DNA of 64,000 nt from an uncultured Acidimicrobiales bacterium (lineage in GTDB: Bacteria; Actinomycetota; Acidimicrobiia; Acidimicrobiales; SHLQ01), in contig CAYVHV010000012.1 in assembly GCA_964451305.1 (NCBI GenBank), positions 8,353-72,352 of the forward strand, written 5' to 3'. Positions within the stretch are counted from its first letter, which is position 1, and every line of letters begins with the position of its first letter. Shown here piece by piece: positions 45,018 through 54,231 of this stretch. The position numbers were made by a program, and so were the translations under genes. The notes beneath the pieces were generated by a model. The model had not been told where the DNA came from and did not search any database. It saw only the letters and a program-made list of their open reading frames with translations.

Positions 45018-46169
45018 CTAGCTCGCGTCTATCGCCGGTTCATCTCCATCGGCCATGATCCACTCGGCGAGCTTCTCCAAGCGGTGAACGCCCAGGTACG
45101 CGAGCACCAGCCCAACGACTGCAAAGACGAGCAACACGATGTCGGTTCGGAGTTGATCGAGGAAAATCGCGGTGGTCGCCACCTCCAGGAGCGCCATGAA
45201 GGCAACGAACCTGATCACCGTTCTCTCACTGACCTTCGCGGCAACCCACGCGCCCAAGGGCGCTCCCCAGACCACGATCGGTGCAGCGGCGAGCCAAATG
45301 CCAAAGAGGTCGAACTGTACGGCCGGCTCGGGCCCGAAGGTCGCTCCGGCGACCGCAACGACCTCGCTGCCATCTGGGTTGAGGCCAATATCGAGCTGAC
45401 CATGCCAGAATCCGAGCACGAACAACCCGACGAGCGAGACGGTTGCCATCGCAATGATGCTCGTCGGGATGGCGACCTTTGGCGTGACTCCGGCTACCAG
45501 CACGATGAACACGAAGAGGAAGACATCGGTTCCTGAACCGGTCAGCGCCGAAAACAGTCCACCGACAAAGGCGAAGACGGACATGACGAGCACGGAACGA
45601 AAACCCCAGTCGGGCACCTCGTCATAGCGCGAGGTCCGGTTCGAGCAGATGCGAACGATGACCGCCACCGCAAAGATTGCGATCGTGAACGCTACCTTGA
45701 CGAACGATGGCTCGATGCGCGGAGACCAAAACGGTGTATTCGGGTCGCCGAGAGCAACCAGGCCAACGCCGAACCCGACGATGCCACCAGCCACTCCTAA
45801 CCCGAGCGCCTTCCAATCAATTTTGCGTCCGGACAAGATGATCGATGCTGACGCCATGACCATCCCGGTGGCCTGAATCACGATGGAGAACGTGCGCGCG
45901 ACCGGAGCCGAAATTCCGATCACCTTCGTAAAGACTGGAAATGCCACCGCGCCACCGCCTTGTGGGGTGGATCCTGCAACGAAGCTGCCGACGACCATCG
46001 TTGCCGAAGAACGCCAATTGTCTAGAACCCTGTCGAAGTGTCCAAAGGTAAACACAAAGACGAACCACCCAATGGTGAAGGCTGCGGGCAGACCCCAGAC
46101 AGCCGCTCGCCGAATGACGCCCAGTTCTTTGTCCACTTCGTGTTTCTGGGTTGCCTCGGCCGTATCCAT
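45018..46169 (-). CDS. TauE/SafE (TSUP, DUF81) family anion exporter-like membrane protein
   Basis: ORF 45018..46235(-). Polytopic, with internally repeated halves rich in G/A/V (..VGSFVAGSTPQGGGAVAFPV.., ..GGLFSALTGSGTDVFLF..). Start moved to ATG 46169. Confidence 0.6.
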   Translation of the reverse strand: MDTAEATQKHEVDKELGVIRRAAVWGLPAAFTIGWFVFVFTFGHFDRVLDNWRSSATMVVGSFVAGSTPQGGGAVAFPVFTKVIGISAPVARTFSIVIQATGMVMASASIILSGRKIDWKALGLGVAGGIVGFGVGLVALGDPNTPFWSPRIEPSFVKVAFTIAIFAVAVIVRICSNRTSRYDEVPDWGFRSVLVMSVFAFVGGLFSALTGSGTDVFLFVFIVLVAGVTPKVAIPTSIIAMATVSLVGLFVLGFWHGQLDIGLNPDGSEVVAVAGATFGPEPAVQFDLFGIWLAAAPIVVWGAPLGAWVAAKVSERTVIRFVAFMALLEVATTAIFLDQLRTDIVLLVFAVVGLVLAYLGVHRLEKLAEWIMADGDEPAIDAS

Positions 46170-46306
46170 CACGTCGTGAACCCACCGTCGGCAATAGTTG
46201 TTCCGATTCTGTTCATCTCCTGTGTCGGACTGCACTGCGGATCGAAAGGGAAGAAGAACGAATGATGGGTTTGGAAGTCGCTCTTTGGAACTACTGTTTC
46301 GTGGAT

Positions 46307-46876
46307 ATGGACATCAAAAACAAAAAACCACTGATCGCAGGAGGCGGTATCGTCGCCATCGCCGTCTTGGCGTGGCTCGCCTTCGGATTCTTCGGTATCC
46401 AAACAGCATTTATCGACAATGAGGTTTCTGAGGCAGGACCAACCTTTGGTGACCCTGCCGTCGTCGAGACCGATGAGTTCCAAGAAGCCATGGAGCTTGC
46501 GGAAGAAAACTCAACGTCCACTGCTGAAGGCGATCCCGACATGGCTGGAGAAATCCAGACCGTCTTCACCGGTAGTTTCGAAGACAACGTCATCAACGGA
46601 TACGAGATTCTCGGCACCGCCTCGGTTCTGACCGACGGAAGCGATCAGCGCTTCCTCCGCCTTGAAGGGTTCAACTCGCCCAACGGTCCCGATCTCAAGG
46701 TCTACTTGCGGGCCGCCAACGGAGACTTCGTCAGCCTTGGTGACCTCAAGGGCAACATTGGTGACCAGAACTATGAGATCCCCCCAGATGTCGACCTCAC
46801 CGAATTCAGCTTCGTCGACATTTGGTGCGAGCGCTTTAGCGTCGGCTTCGGCGGAGCACAGCTCGCCGCCGTCTAA
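46307..46876 (+). CDS. DM13-domain protein with N-terminal membrane anchor
   Basis: ORF 46151..46876(+). TM IAGGGIVAIAVLAWLAFGFFGI, then ...GSFEDNVINGYEILGTASVLTDGSDQRFLRLEGFNSPNGPDLKVYL...DIWCERFSVGFGGAQL, which fits the DM13 pattern. Start ATG 46307 (or 46263). Confidence 0.65.
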   Translation: MDIKNKKPLIAGGGIVAIAVLAWLAFGFFGIQTAFIDNEVSEAGPTFGDPAVVETDEFQEAMELAEENSTSTAEGDPDMAGEIQTVFTGSFEDNVINGYEILGTASVLTDGSDQRFLRLEGFNSPNGPDLKVYLRAANGDFVSLGDLKGNIGDQNYEIPPDVDLTEFSFVDIWCERFSVGFGGAQLAAV

Positions 46877-46987
46877 CACGTAGTCACCACCTGGAGATGT
46901 TCCTGCGCCCCCGATTTCGGACGTGGTGCAGGGACATCGTGGTTTTTGGGTTCTTCCATCGCCCCGATCGACAAGTACGGTCGGGTC

Positions 46988-48403
46988 ATGGCTGGGGGCA
47001 CAGAGACGAGCACACATCGCGAGCATGACGAGGCGCTCCCATTTCCAGTCATCCTGGCTCTCGCCGGCGGGTACCTCGGGATATCAACCTTGGTCAACCT
47101 CATCAATACGCTGCTGGTCTTCTTCTACTTGCCTCCCGAAACCGCGGGGCTCCCATCGCTTCTCAGTGACGCCACCATTCTCGGCGTACTCAATGTGGTG
47201 GCGATCATCGCCGCCGCAGGACGATTCACCGACTCGATCACCGATCCACTCATCGCCGCGTGGTCCGACAGAAGCACGAACAAAAGGGGCCGACGCATTC
47301 CGTTCATGGCCGCCGGAATGGTTCCGGCGGCAGTCTTCACCGTGTTGATGTTCGTTCCTCCGAACGCGACGGCGAGTGGCCTGAATGTGGTGTGGCTTCT
47401 GGGCATTCAAGTGCTCTTATACATCAGCTTGACCGCGTACCTGACCCCGGCGTTCGCGCTCGTCGCGGACCTCGGCGCAGACCCCGCTGAGCGGCTCCGG
47501 CTGTCGACGTGGACGTCGATGGCGTGGGCGATTGGCATCGTCGTTGCAGCTATGACGTTCTTTATCGGGCCAGCGCTCGACGGTACCTTCGAGACGTTCC
47601 GCGCGTGGCAGGTCGCGATCGGGATCGTGTGCGCCGTTGCCCTTACCTTCATGGCCATTCCTGTGTTGTTGATCGACGAGCCACGTTGGGTACGTGACAC
47701 CCCATCGACAATGCCGCTGTTGGCGTCGATCAAGACCGTCCTCGGAAACCCATTCTTCCGGTTCTATGCGGCTGCTGATTTCGTTTATTTTGCGGGCCTG
47801 GCGATTATTCAGACGGGACTGCTGTTCTACGTCACGGTCCTCTTGGAGTTAGAGGAATGGGTTTCCACAGTCTTGCTCTTGTTGATGGTCATTGTCTCTG
47901 CGTTCTTGTTCCCACTCATCGCTGGGTGGGCAAGAAAACAGGGTGGCGGTAAGCGCCTCACCGTGATGGCGTTCATCATTGCGTCGGGGGTCTTCCTCGC
48001 GATCGCAGGAGTTGGACTCATCGATCGACTTCCGTTCCTCCAAGCCGCGCTTCCAATCGCAGTCTTTGCGCTCCCCTTCGCCATCCTGAGCGTCATGCCG
48101 CAGTGGATTCTCGCCGACATTGCCGAGCACGCAGCCCGCACCGGTGGCGAAGCGCAGGCGGGCATGTTCTACGCAACCCGGACGTTCCTCCAAAAGCTTG
48201 CGACCACGCTCGGCGTCGTGATGTTCGCCCTACTCCTGCAATTTGGACGCGACGTCGGCGACGACCTCGGTGTGAGGCTCACCGGCGTCGGAGGAGCGTT
48301 GCTCTACATGATGGCAGCGATACTTTTCCGCAAGTACGACGAGGTCCGTTTACAGCGCGAGCTCGCCGAAGCCGGACAGGTTTCGGAGTTCTCCAAAGCC
48401 TGA
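46988..48403 (+). CDS. MFS transporter, glycoside-pentoside-hexuronide (GPH) family-like
   Basis: ORF 46946..48403(+). DSITDPLIAAWSDRSTNKRGRRIPFMAAG is the GPH signature (D-x3-DP-x5-D-R-x6-GR-x-RP-like). About 12 TM segments. Confidence 0.75.
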   Translation: MAGGTETSTHREHDEALPFPVILALAGGYLGISTLVNLINTLLVFFYLPPETAGLPSLLSDATILGVLNVVAIIAAAGRFTDSITDPLIAAWSDRSTNKRGRRIPFMAAGMVPAAVFTVLMFVPPNATASGLNVVWLLGIQVLLYISLTAYLTPAFALVADLGADPAERLRLSTWTSMAWAIGIVVAAMTFFIGPALDGTFETFRAWQVAIGIVCAVALTFMAIPVLLIDEPRWVRDTPSTMPLLASIKTVLGNPFFRFYAAADFVYFAGLAIIQTGLLFYVTVLLELEEWVSTVLLLLMVIVSAFLFPLIAGWARKQGGGKRLTVMAFIIASGVFLAIAGVGLIDRLPFLQAALPIAVFALPFAILSVMPQWILADIAEHAARTGGEAQAGMFYATRTFLQKLATTLGVVMFALLLQFGRDVGDDLGVRLTGVGGALLYMMAAILFRKYDEVRLQRELAEAGQVSEFSKA

Positions 48404-48435
48404 GGCCAGTGAACGTCAAAGCACCGCTGGTGGGC

Positions 48436-49662
48436 CTACTGAATACGCATTCCTGAGATTGCCCGGCTGATCACGAGCTGCTGGATCTGTTCGGTGCCCT
48501 CGAAGATGTCGTGAATCTTGGCATCGCGATGCCAGCGCTCGACCGGGTACTCGCGAACGTACCCATAACCACCGAGGATCTGGATGGCACGCTCGGTCAC
48601 CCACGTTGCGGTGCGCCCAGCCTTTAGCTTGGCCATCGAACCTTCGGCGTTCTCGAACTGGCCGTTCTTGGCAAGCCACGCAGCGCGATGCACGAGTAGC
48701 CGCGATGCTTCGATCTCGGTCAGCATGTCCGCGAGCATGAAGGCAATCGATTGGTTCTGAATGATCGGACGACCGAACTGCACTCGTTCCTTTGCGTACT
48801 CGAGCGAGTACTCGTATGCAGCACGGGCAATGCCGATCGCCTGTGCTCCAACAGCTGGACGAGTCGACTCGAAGGTCTTCATCGCCGAGTTGCTCACCGC
48901 ACCCTTGGTTCCCTCTCGAATCTTGGCGTGCTTTTCGTCCATGCGTTCCTTGCCACCGAGCAAGAACGAGCCTGGGATCTTCACGTCTTCGAGGATCACT
49001 TCAGCGGTGTGGCTCGCACGAATGCCGTGCTTCTTGAACTTTTGGCCTTGACGAAGCGTGCCATCTTCTTTGGCTTCAACGGGCACGACAAAGCTGGCAT
49101 GACCCTTGGTCCCAAGCTCTGGATCAACGACGGCAACCACGACGTGCACGTCGGCAATACCACCGTTGGTAATCCATGTCTTGGTGCCGTTGAGCGTCCA
49201 TTCGTCCTTTGCCTCGTCATAGGTCGCACGGGTCCGCATGGCAGAAACGTCGGAGCCTGCGTCCGGTTCAGATGAGCAGAATGCGCCGAGCTTGATGTCG
49301 TCGGCGGTGCCATACATCTGAGGTACCCATTCCATGACCTGTTCGGGAGAACCGGCCGCAGCAACACCGGCCGCAGCAAGCCCCGTACCCATCAGCGCCA
49401 TCGCAATGCCTGCGTCTCCCCAAAAGAGTTCTTCGAGCAGCACCATCGATGAGAGCCCGGTGGGATCGTTCATCATGGTCTCCGCCATGATTTCCCAGCC
49501 GTACAGTCCAAGTTTGGCGGCCTCTTCGATAATTGGCCATGGCGTTTCTTCACGCTCGTCCCACTCTTCGGCTGAAGGACGCATCACGTCTACAGCAAAT
49601 CCATGTACCCAGTCCTTGAGCTGAACTTGATCATCGTTGAGTGCTAGTGAGAAATCGGCCAT
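48436..49662 (-). CDS. Acyl-CoA dehydrogenase
   Basis: ORF 48436..49662(-). ...FCSSEPDAGSD..., ...KTWITNGG... and ...ILGGYGYVREYPVERWHRDAKIHDIFEGTEQIQ are canonical ACAD motifs. Confidence 0.9.
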   Translation of the reverse strand: MADFSLALNDDQVQLKDWVHGFAVDVMRPSAEEWDEREETPWPIIEEAAKLGLYGWEIMAETMMNDPTGLSSMVLLEELFWGDAGIAMALMGTGLAAAGVAAAGSPEQVMEWVPQMYGTADDIKLGAFCSSEPDAGSDVSAMRTRATYDEAKDEWTLNGTKTWITNGGIADVHVVVAVVDPELGTKGHASFVVPVEAKEDGTLRQGQKFKKHGIRASHTAEVILEDVKIPGSFLLGGKERMDEKHAKIREGTKGAVSNSAMKTFESTRPAVGAQAIGIARAAYEYSLEYAKERVQFGRPIIQNQSIAFMLADMLTEIEASRLLVHRAAWLAKNGQFENAEGSMAKLKAGRTATWVTERAIQILGGYGYVREYPVERWHRDAKIHDIFEGTEQIQQLVISRAISGMRIQ

Positions 49663-49705
49663 GAGAGCTCCTCGTGCAGTGGCGGCAATCCCGCCGTGAG
49701 ATCTA

Positions 49706-49739
49706 ATCGGTTACTAAGCCTACGAGCTTAGTTACCGAT
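49706..49739. promoter_or_regulatory. Operator-like inverted repeat upstream of the acyl-CoA dehydrogenase
   Basis: atcggttactaagc (49706-49719), spacer ctacga, gcttagttaccgat (49726-49739). 13 of 14 arm positions are complementary. It lies 44-77 nt upstream of the ACAD start codon. Confidence 0.5.
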
Positions 49740-49873
49740 GAGTAACCTCGGCGGGTAAGAAAGTGCCTGAAGTACTAGGACGCCAGCCCCCAAGTTTCAC
49801 AGAGAATTTCGCAGAATTCGCCGAGAAACACTCGAAACCACCTCAGGTGCCCGCCGACGCAGCCGATACAACC

Positions 49874-49891
49874 AATACCAATCTTGGTATT
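49874..49891. promoter_or_regulatory. Perfect 18-bp palindrome upstream of the first cNMP-binding gene
   Basis: aataccaa tc ttggtatt (8-bp arms, 2-bp spacer). It lies ~80 nt upstream of ATG 49973. Confidence 0.45.
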
Positions 49892-49972
49892 CGGCGGAAT
49901 ATGTTATGAAAATCGGCGATCGGCTGCACCAGCAGCATCAATCCACTGCAAATACCTAGGGTCAACCATCAC

Positions 49973-50368
49973 ATGGGCTTTCTCCGCAAGATAGACAAAG
50001 AACTCAAAGCACTGAAGGGCTCGTATAGCGAAGACGAACTCGAAGCGATCAGCAAGCATGGGACGATCATCGACCTGCCACCCGGCAAGGTCCTCTTCCC
50101 GGAGGGCCAGGCTGGAACAGAGTCAGCGATCATCCTTTCCGGACAAGCAAAGCTGTCGACCAACGGCGCCAATATCTCATTGCTCGAACCGGGAGCCGTC
50201 GTTGGTGAAGCCGCGATCTTGACCGGAGAACCACGTACGACCACGGTGTCATCGGTATCGATGCTAAAGGTCTCCGTCCTCAACGCTGGAGCACTGCTCA
50301 GCGTTATAGAAGAGAGTCCAGACTTTCGCTCACGCATCGGCGTGACGATCGAGGCTGACGCCGCCTAA
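49973..50368 (+). CDS. Stand-alone cyclic-nucleotide-binding domain protein (131 aa)
   Basis: ORF 49973..50368(+). ...GKVLFPEGQAGTESAIILSG...GAVVGEAAILTGEPRTTTVSS is the phosphate-binding-cassette pattern G-E-x-A-(I/L)-x6-R-T-(T/A). No output domain. Confidence 0.8.
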   Translation: MGFLRKIDKELKALKGSYSEDELEAISKHGTIIDLPPGKVLFPEGQAGTESAIILSGQAKLSTNGANISLLEPGAVVGEAAILTGEPRTTTVSSVSMLKVSVLNAGALLSVIEESPDFRSRIGVTIEADAA

Positions 50369-50530
50369 CTGCCAACTTGTCGGGCGTCGACATCGACGGC
50401 GACGATGCTGTTGACGAGCCTGCGCGCTGGCTGTGAAAGCGGTCTCAGTGCCCAGAGACACGTCAATTCGGGGCAGGTAATCGACCGACGAACGGTTTGA
50501 GTAGATACCGGAACTCAACTGGAGAAGACC

Positions 50531-50929
50531 ATGTTCTTTAATAAAGCCCCTCAGATCAACCCAACCTTGTGCGCACTGAACGAATCGTTCAACGATCACG
50601 AACTTTCATCGCTCAGCACCTTGGGAACCGTCGTTGAACTGCCCGCCGGTGCCGTGCTCGCTCGAGAAGGTGCGGTCGGCCAAGAGGCTGTCGTCGTCAT
50701 CTCCGGAACCGCTCTTGTCGTACGCGACACCGAGACGATCGCGACCGCCGGACCGTCAACAATCCTGGGCGAAATAGCGCTGCTGACCGGCGAGGCTCGC
50801 AACGCATCACTGATCGCCGAGACCGACCTCGTGATCAGCGTGTTGAACCGCCGCGAGTTCAACTCGTGGCTCAACGAGTGCCCACGCATCGAGCGTCAGG
50901 TCAACGACCTCGCTGCCAGCCGTTCGTAA
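50531..50929 (+). CDS. Stand-alone cyclic-nucleotide-binding domain protein (132 aa), paralogue of the preceding gene
   Basis: ORF 50531..50929(+). ...GAVLAREGAVGQEAVVVISG...STILGEIALLTGEARNASLIA. GGAGAAG RBS lies before the ATG. Confidence 0.8.
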   Translation: MFFNKAPQINPTLCALNESFNDHELSSLSTLGTVVELPAGAVLAREGAVGQEAVVVISGTALVVRDTETIATAGPSTILGEIALLTGEARNASLIAETDLVISVLNRREFNSWLNECPRIERQVNDLAASRS

Positions 50930-51024
50930 ACACACGAGAAGACGGCTAGAAAAACTGCTGCGATCACCGAAATCACCCCAGTTTGGTGGTCGAGGGAAGC
51001 TGACACCGCCAGTAGCCTAACGCT

Positions 51025-54000
51025 GTGAGTGACACTCTTCCAGAACTAGCCAAGGTCTACGTCCCAAGCGACACCGAACACGTCGTAACAGCGAAATGGG
51101 CGGAGAGCGGCGTATTCCACGCCGAACCCTCCGAGACTGCGAACACCGCTGACGGCGCAGCGACCTATTCGGTCGTGATCCCGCCTCCAAATGTGACCGC
51201 AGCGTTGCACCTCGGCCATGCGCTGAACAACACGCTTCAAGATGTGCTTGTGCGCTACCACAGGATGCGTGGCTTCAACACGCTGTGGATGCCAGGCACC
51301 GACCACGCTGGCATCGCGACCCAGACCGTCGTCGAGAAACGTCTCCTCCAGCAGGGCACGAAACGCCTCGACATGGGACGCGAAGCGTTCATTTCCAAGA
51401 CCCAGGAATGGAAGGACGAGTACGAGTCGGTCATCCTCGGTCAGTTGTCAGAAATGGGGGCGAGCTGCGACTACGAACGCACCCGCTTCACGATGGACGA
51501 GATGTGCACTGTTGCGGTTCGACACGCATTCTTCGTGCTGTTCAAAGACGGGCTTGTGTACCGTGGAAAACGGCTTGTGAACTGGGACCCCGTGACCGGA
51601 ACAGCACTCGCCGATGACGAGGTCGAGATGGAAGACGTCGCTGGCCACATGTGGTACCTGCGGTACCCACTCGAGGACGGATCCGGCCATGTCACGGTTG
51701 CCACGACTCGACCAGAAACAATGTTCGGCGACACCGCGGTCGCGGTGAACCCAGAGCATCCACGAGCGGCTGAACTGCGCGGAAAGAACGTCGTTCTTCC
51801 AATCGTTGGTCGCGTTATTCCGATCATCGAAGACGACTACGTCGTTATTGGCGACCCCGAGTCATCGGACGCGAAAGCACAGATGTCGAGCGGCTTTCTC
51901 AAGGTCACACCCGCTCATGATCCAAACGATTGGGAGATTGGACTTCGTCACGAGCTCGAGGCCATCAACGTCATGGCCCCGGACGCGTCGATCAGCGATC
52001 AATACGGTTGGGAGGAGATTTCGCCGGAAGCTCGATCGTTTGTCGGGCTAGCGCGCGAAGATGCTCGCTCCGCTGTCGTGGCGTGGTTCGACGAACACGA
52101 TCTCCTCGAGAAGGTGGTCGACTACAGCCACTCGGTCGGCCACAGCTATCGAAGCCATGTCCCTGTTGAGCCATGGCTTTCGGACCAGTGGTACGTGCGA
52201 GCATCCGATGACCGGATGGCTGGATCTGCTCTGCGTGCGCAACTCGACACCCAGGCAACAACCCGCGCTGAGCATCATCAGCCCGGCGATGCAAACGGCG
52301 ATGGTGAGCTTCGCTTCGTTCCAGAACGTTACGCCCGCACGTACCAGCAATGGCACGAAGGAATCCGTGATTGGTGTATCAGCCGCCAGGTCTGGTGGGG
52401 TCACCAGATTCCGGTCTGGAGCACGACGATCGCCGATGCGTCCGGCCACCATCCAGACCCTGCAATCGATGCTGCTCTCAACAACGTCGAACCTGGAACT
52501 GCGGTGCCAATACAGAGTCGCTGGTCGAGCGCCGGGGCGTTCCACGTAGCCCGGCGCGTGACCGACGATGAGTTCGTCGAGTCGGTGTGTGTGCCGCCTC
52601 AGAACACGCTCGACCATGAACCCCGCGACGACGACTCAATGAGCGAATTCGAACTCGTCGCTGCACTGGAAGCGGTCGGGTTCGAGCGAGATCCCGACGT
52701 GCTCGACACGTGGTTCTCATCGGCGCTCTGGCCAATGTCCACGATGGGATGGCCATACCCTCAGGACTTCCCCGAAACGACCGGCAACGGAAGCGACCTT
52801 CTCCAAACCTTTAATCCCACGTCGCTACTCAGCACCGCTCGCGAGATCATCACGCTGTGGGTCAGCCGCATGGTGATGTTTAATCGGTACTTCCTCGACG
52901 GCCAGCTTCCGTACACCGACGTGTTTATCCACGCCATGGTTCAAGACGGACACGGCCAGAAGATGTCGAAGAGTCTCGGTAATGGCGTCGACCCTCGCGA
53001 CATCATTTACAGCCACGGCGCAGACGCGATGCGCTTCACGTTGGTGCAGATGACCACCGACACCCAAGACGTTCGCATGCCCGTGGACATGGTGTGTGCG
53101 TACACCGGTGACTCCTTTACACCGAAGTTCATTACGACAAAGGCCGGCTATCAGGTCGCTGCTCCAAGCCAAGCCTGCCCTGTGGACCCATCCAAGATGA
53201 TGGCCAGCGCGTACGGCGTGGCGGTCGGGGCTGTCGAAATCACCGAAGACCTGCCGTTGGCTCGCAACACCTCGACCAAGTTCGACGGTGGACGCAACTT
53301 CTCGAACAAGGTCTGGAACGCGGTCCGCTTTGCCATCGGGCGTCTCGACGGCTCGTCCACGCCGACCGACAGTACCGATCCGTCGACCGGTCGCTTCATC
53401 GACCGATGGATCTTGTCCCGTCTCGCGACGACGATCGATGCCCTTGAGAAAGCTGTCGAGAACTACCAGTTCAATGTCTACGCAGACACGCTCTACGACT
53501 TCATCTGGCACGACGTATGCGACCGCTACCTCGAAGCGATCAAGCCAACCATCGACGATGACGCTGCACAGCAAGCAGTGCTTGGCGCAGTCCTCGACGC
53601 ATCGCTACGCCTGATGCATCCGGTGTGCCCGTTCATCACCGAAACCCTATGGCCACACGTGAGCGACGCTCGTACGGGTGAGATTTCCGGGCTCGCGCTC
53701 CCAGCATCGGATTTGCTCGCTACCGCTGCATGGCCAGTCGCAGAAAACGTTCTGTTCGATGCTTCGGTCGTGACCGATTTCGACCGAGCGTTCGACCTAA
53801 TCACGAAGATCCGCACGATTCGGGCGAAGCAGAATGTGAAGCCAAAGCAGCAAATCGTGCTCCATGCTCCCGATCAGATCCTCGATCTTGTCAGCACGAC
53901 CGGCGGCCTTATCGAGACCCTTTCGGGCATTGGTGAGGTTCGGCACTCAGACGATGAAATTCCGGCAATATCATCGCCGTTTGCCTTCGAGGGTTGTCAG

Positions 54001-54231
54001 ATCAACCTGTCGGGCCTGACGAACGACATGGACCTCGGGGTCGAACGGGAACGGATCGAAACGGCCATCGAACAGAAGCTCAAGCAAATCGCTGGGTTCA
54101 AGGCAAAGCTGTCAAATGATGGGTACGTCAATGGAGCGCCAGCGCACCTCGTGCAAGAAACTCGCGATCTACTCGCCGCTACCGAGGAAGACTTAGCAAT
54201 TGCGCGAGTGGCGTTGGAGAGCCTCGGATGA
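51025..54231 (+). CDS. valS: Valine--tRNA ligase (long form, 1068 aa)
   Basis: ORF 51025..54231(+). PPPNVTAALHLGHALN (HIGH), WMPGTDHAGIATQ, KMSKSLGN (KMSKS), and a C-terminal coiled coil. GTG start. Confidence 0.95.
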   Translation: MSDTLPELAKVYVPSDTEHVVTAKWAESGVFHAEPSETANTADGAATYSVVIPPPNVTAALHLGHALNNTLQDVLVRYHRMRGFNTLWMPGTDHAGIATQTVVEKRLLQQGTKRLDMGREAFISKTQEWKDEYESVILGQLSEMGASCDYERTRFTMDEMCTVAVRHAFFVLFKDGLVYRGKRLVNWDPVTGTALADDEVEMEDVAGHMWYLRYPLEDGSGHVTVATTRPETMFGDTAVAVNPEHPRAAELRGKNVVLPIVGRVIPIIEDDYVVIGDPESSDAKAQMSSGFLKVTPAHDPNDWEIGLRHELEAINVMAPDASISDQYGWEEISPEARSFVGLAREDARSAVVAWFDEHDLLEKVVDYSHSVGHSYRSHVPVEPWLSDQWYVRASDDRMAGSALRAQLDTQATTRAEHHQPGDANGDGELRFVPERYARTYQQWHEGIRDWCISRQVWWGHQIPVWSTTIADASGHHPDPAIDAALNNVEPGTAVPIQSRWSSAGAFHVARRVTDDEFVESVCVPPQNTLDHEPRDDDSMSEFELVAALEAVGFERDPDVLDTWFSSALWPMSTMGWPYPQDFPETTGNGSDLLQTFNPTSLLSTAREIITLWVSRMVMFNRYFLDGQLPYTDVFIHAMVQDGHGQKMSKSLGNGVDPRDIIYSHGADAMRFTLVQMTTDTQDVRMPVDMVCAYTGDSFTPKFITTKAGYQVAAPSQACPVDPSKMMASAYGVAVGAVEITEDLPLARNTSTKFDGGRNFSNKVWNAVRFAIGRLDGSSTPTDSTDPSTGRFIDRWILSRLATTIDALEKAVENYQFNVYADTLYDFIWHDVCDRYLEAIKPTIDDDAAQQAVLGAVLDASLRLMHPVCPFITETLWPHVSDARTGEISGLALPASDLLATAAWPVAENVLFDASVVTDFDRAFDLITKIRTIRAKQNVKPKQQIVLHAPDQILDLVSTTGGLIETLSGIGEVRHSDDEIPAISSPFAFEGCQINLSGLTNDMDLGVERERIETAIEQKLKQIAGFKAKLSNDGYVNGAPAHLVQETRDLLAATEEDLAIARVALESLG

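Noticed and set aside
50930-51024. T-box or other leader upstream of valS
   Set aside because: The region is too short (95 nt), and no specifier, T-box sequence or terminator/antiterminator pair is visible.
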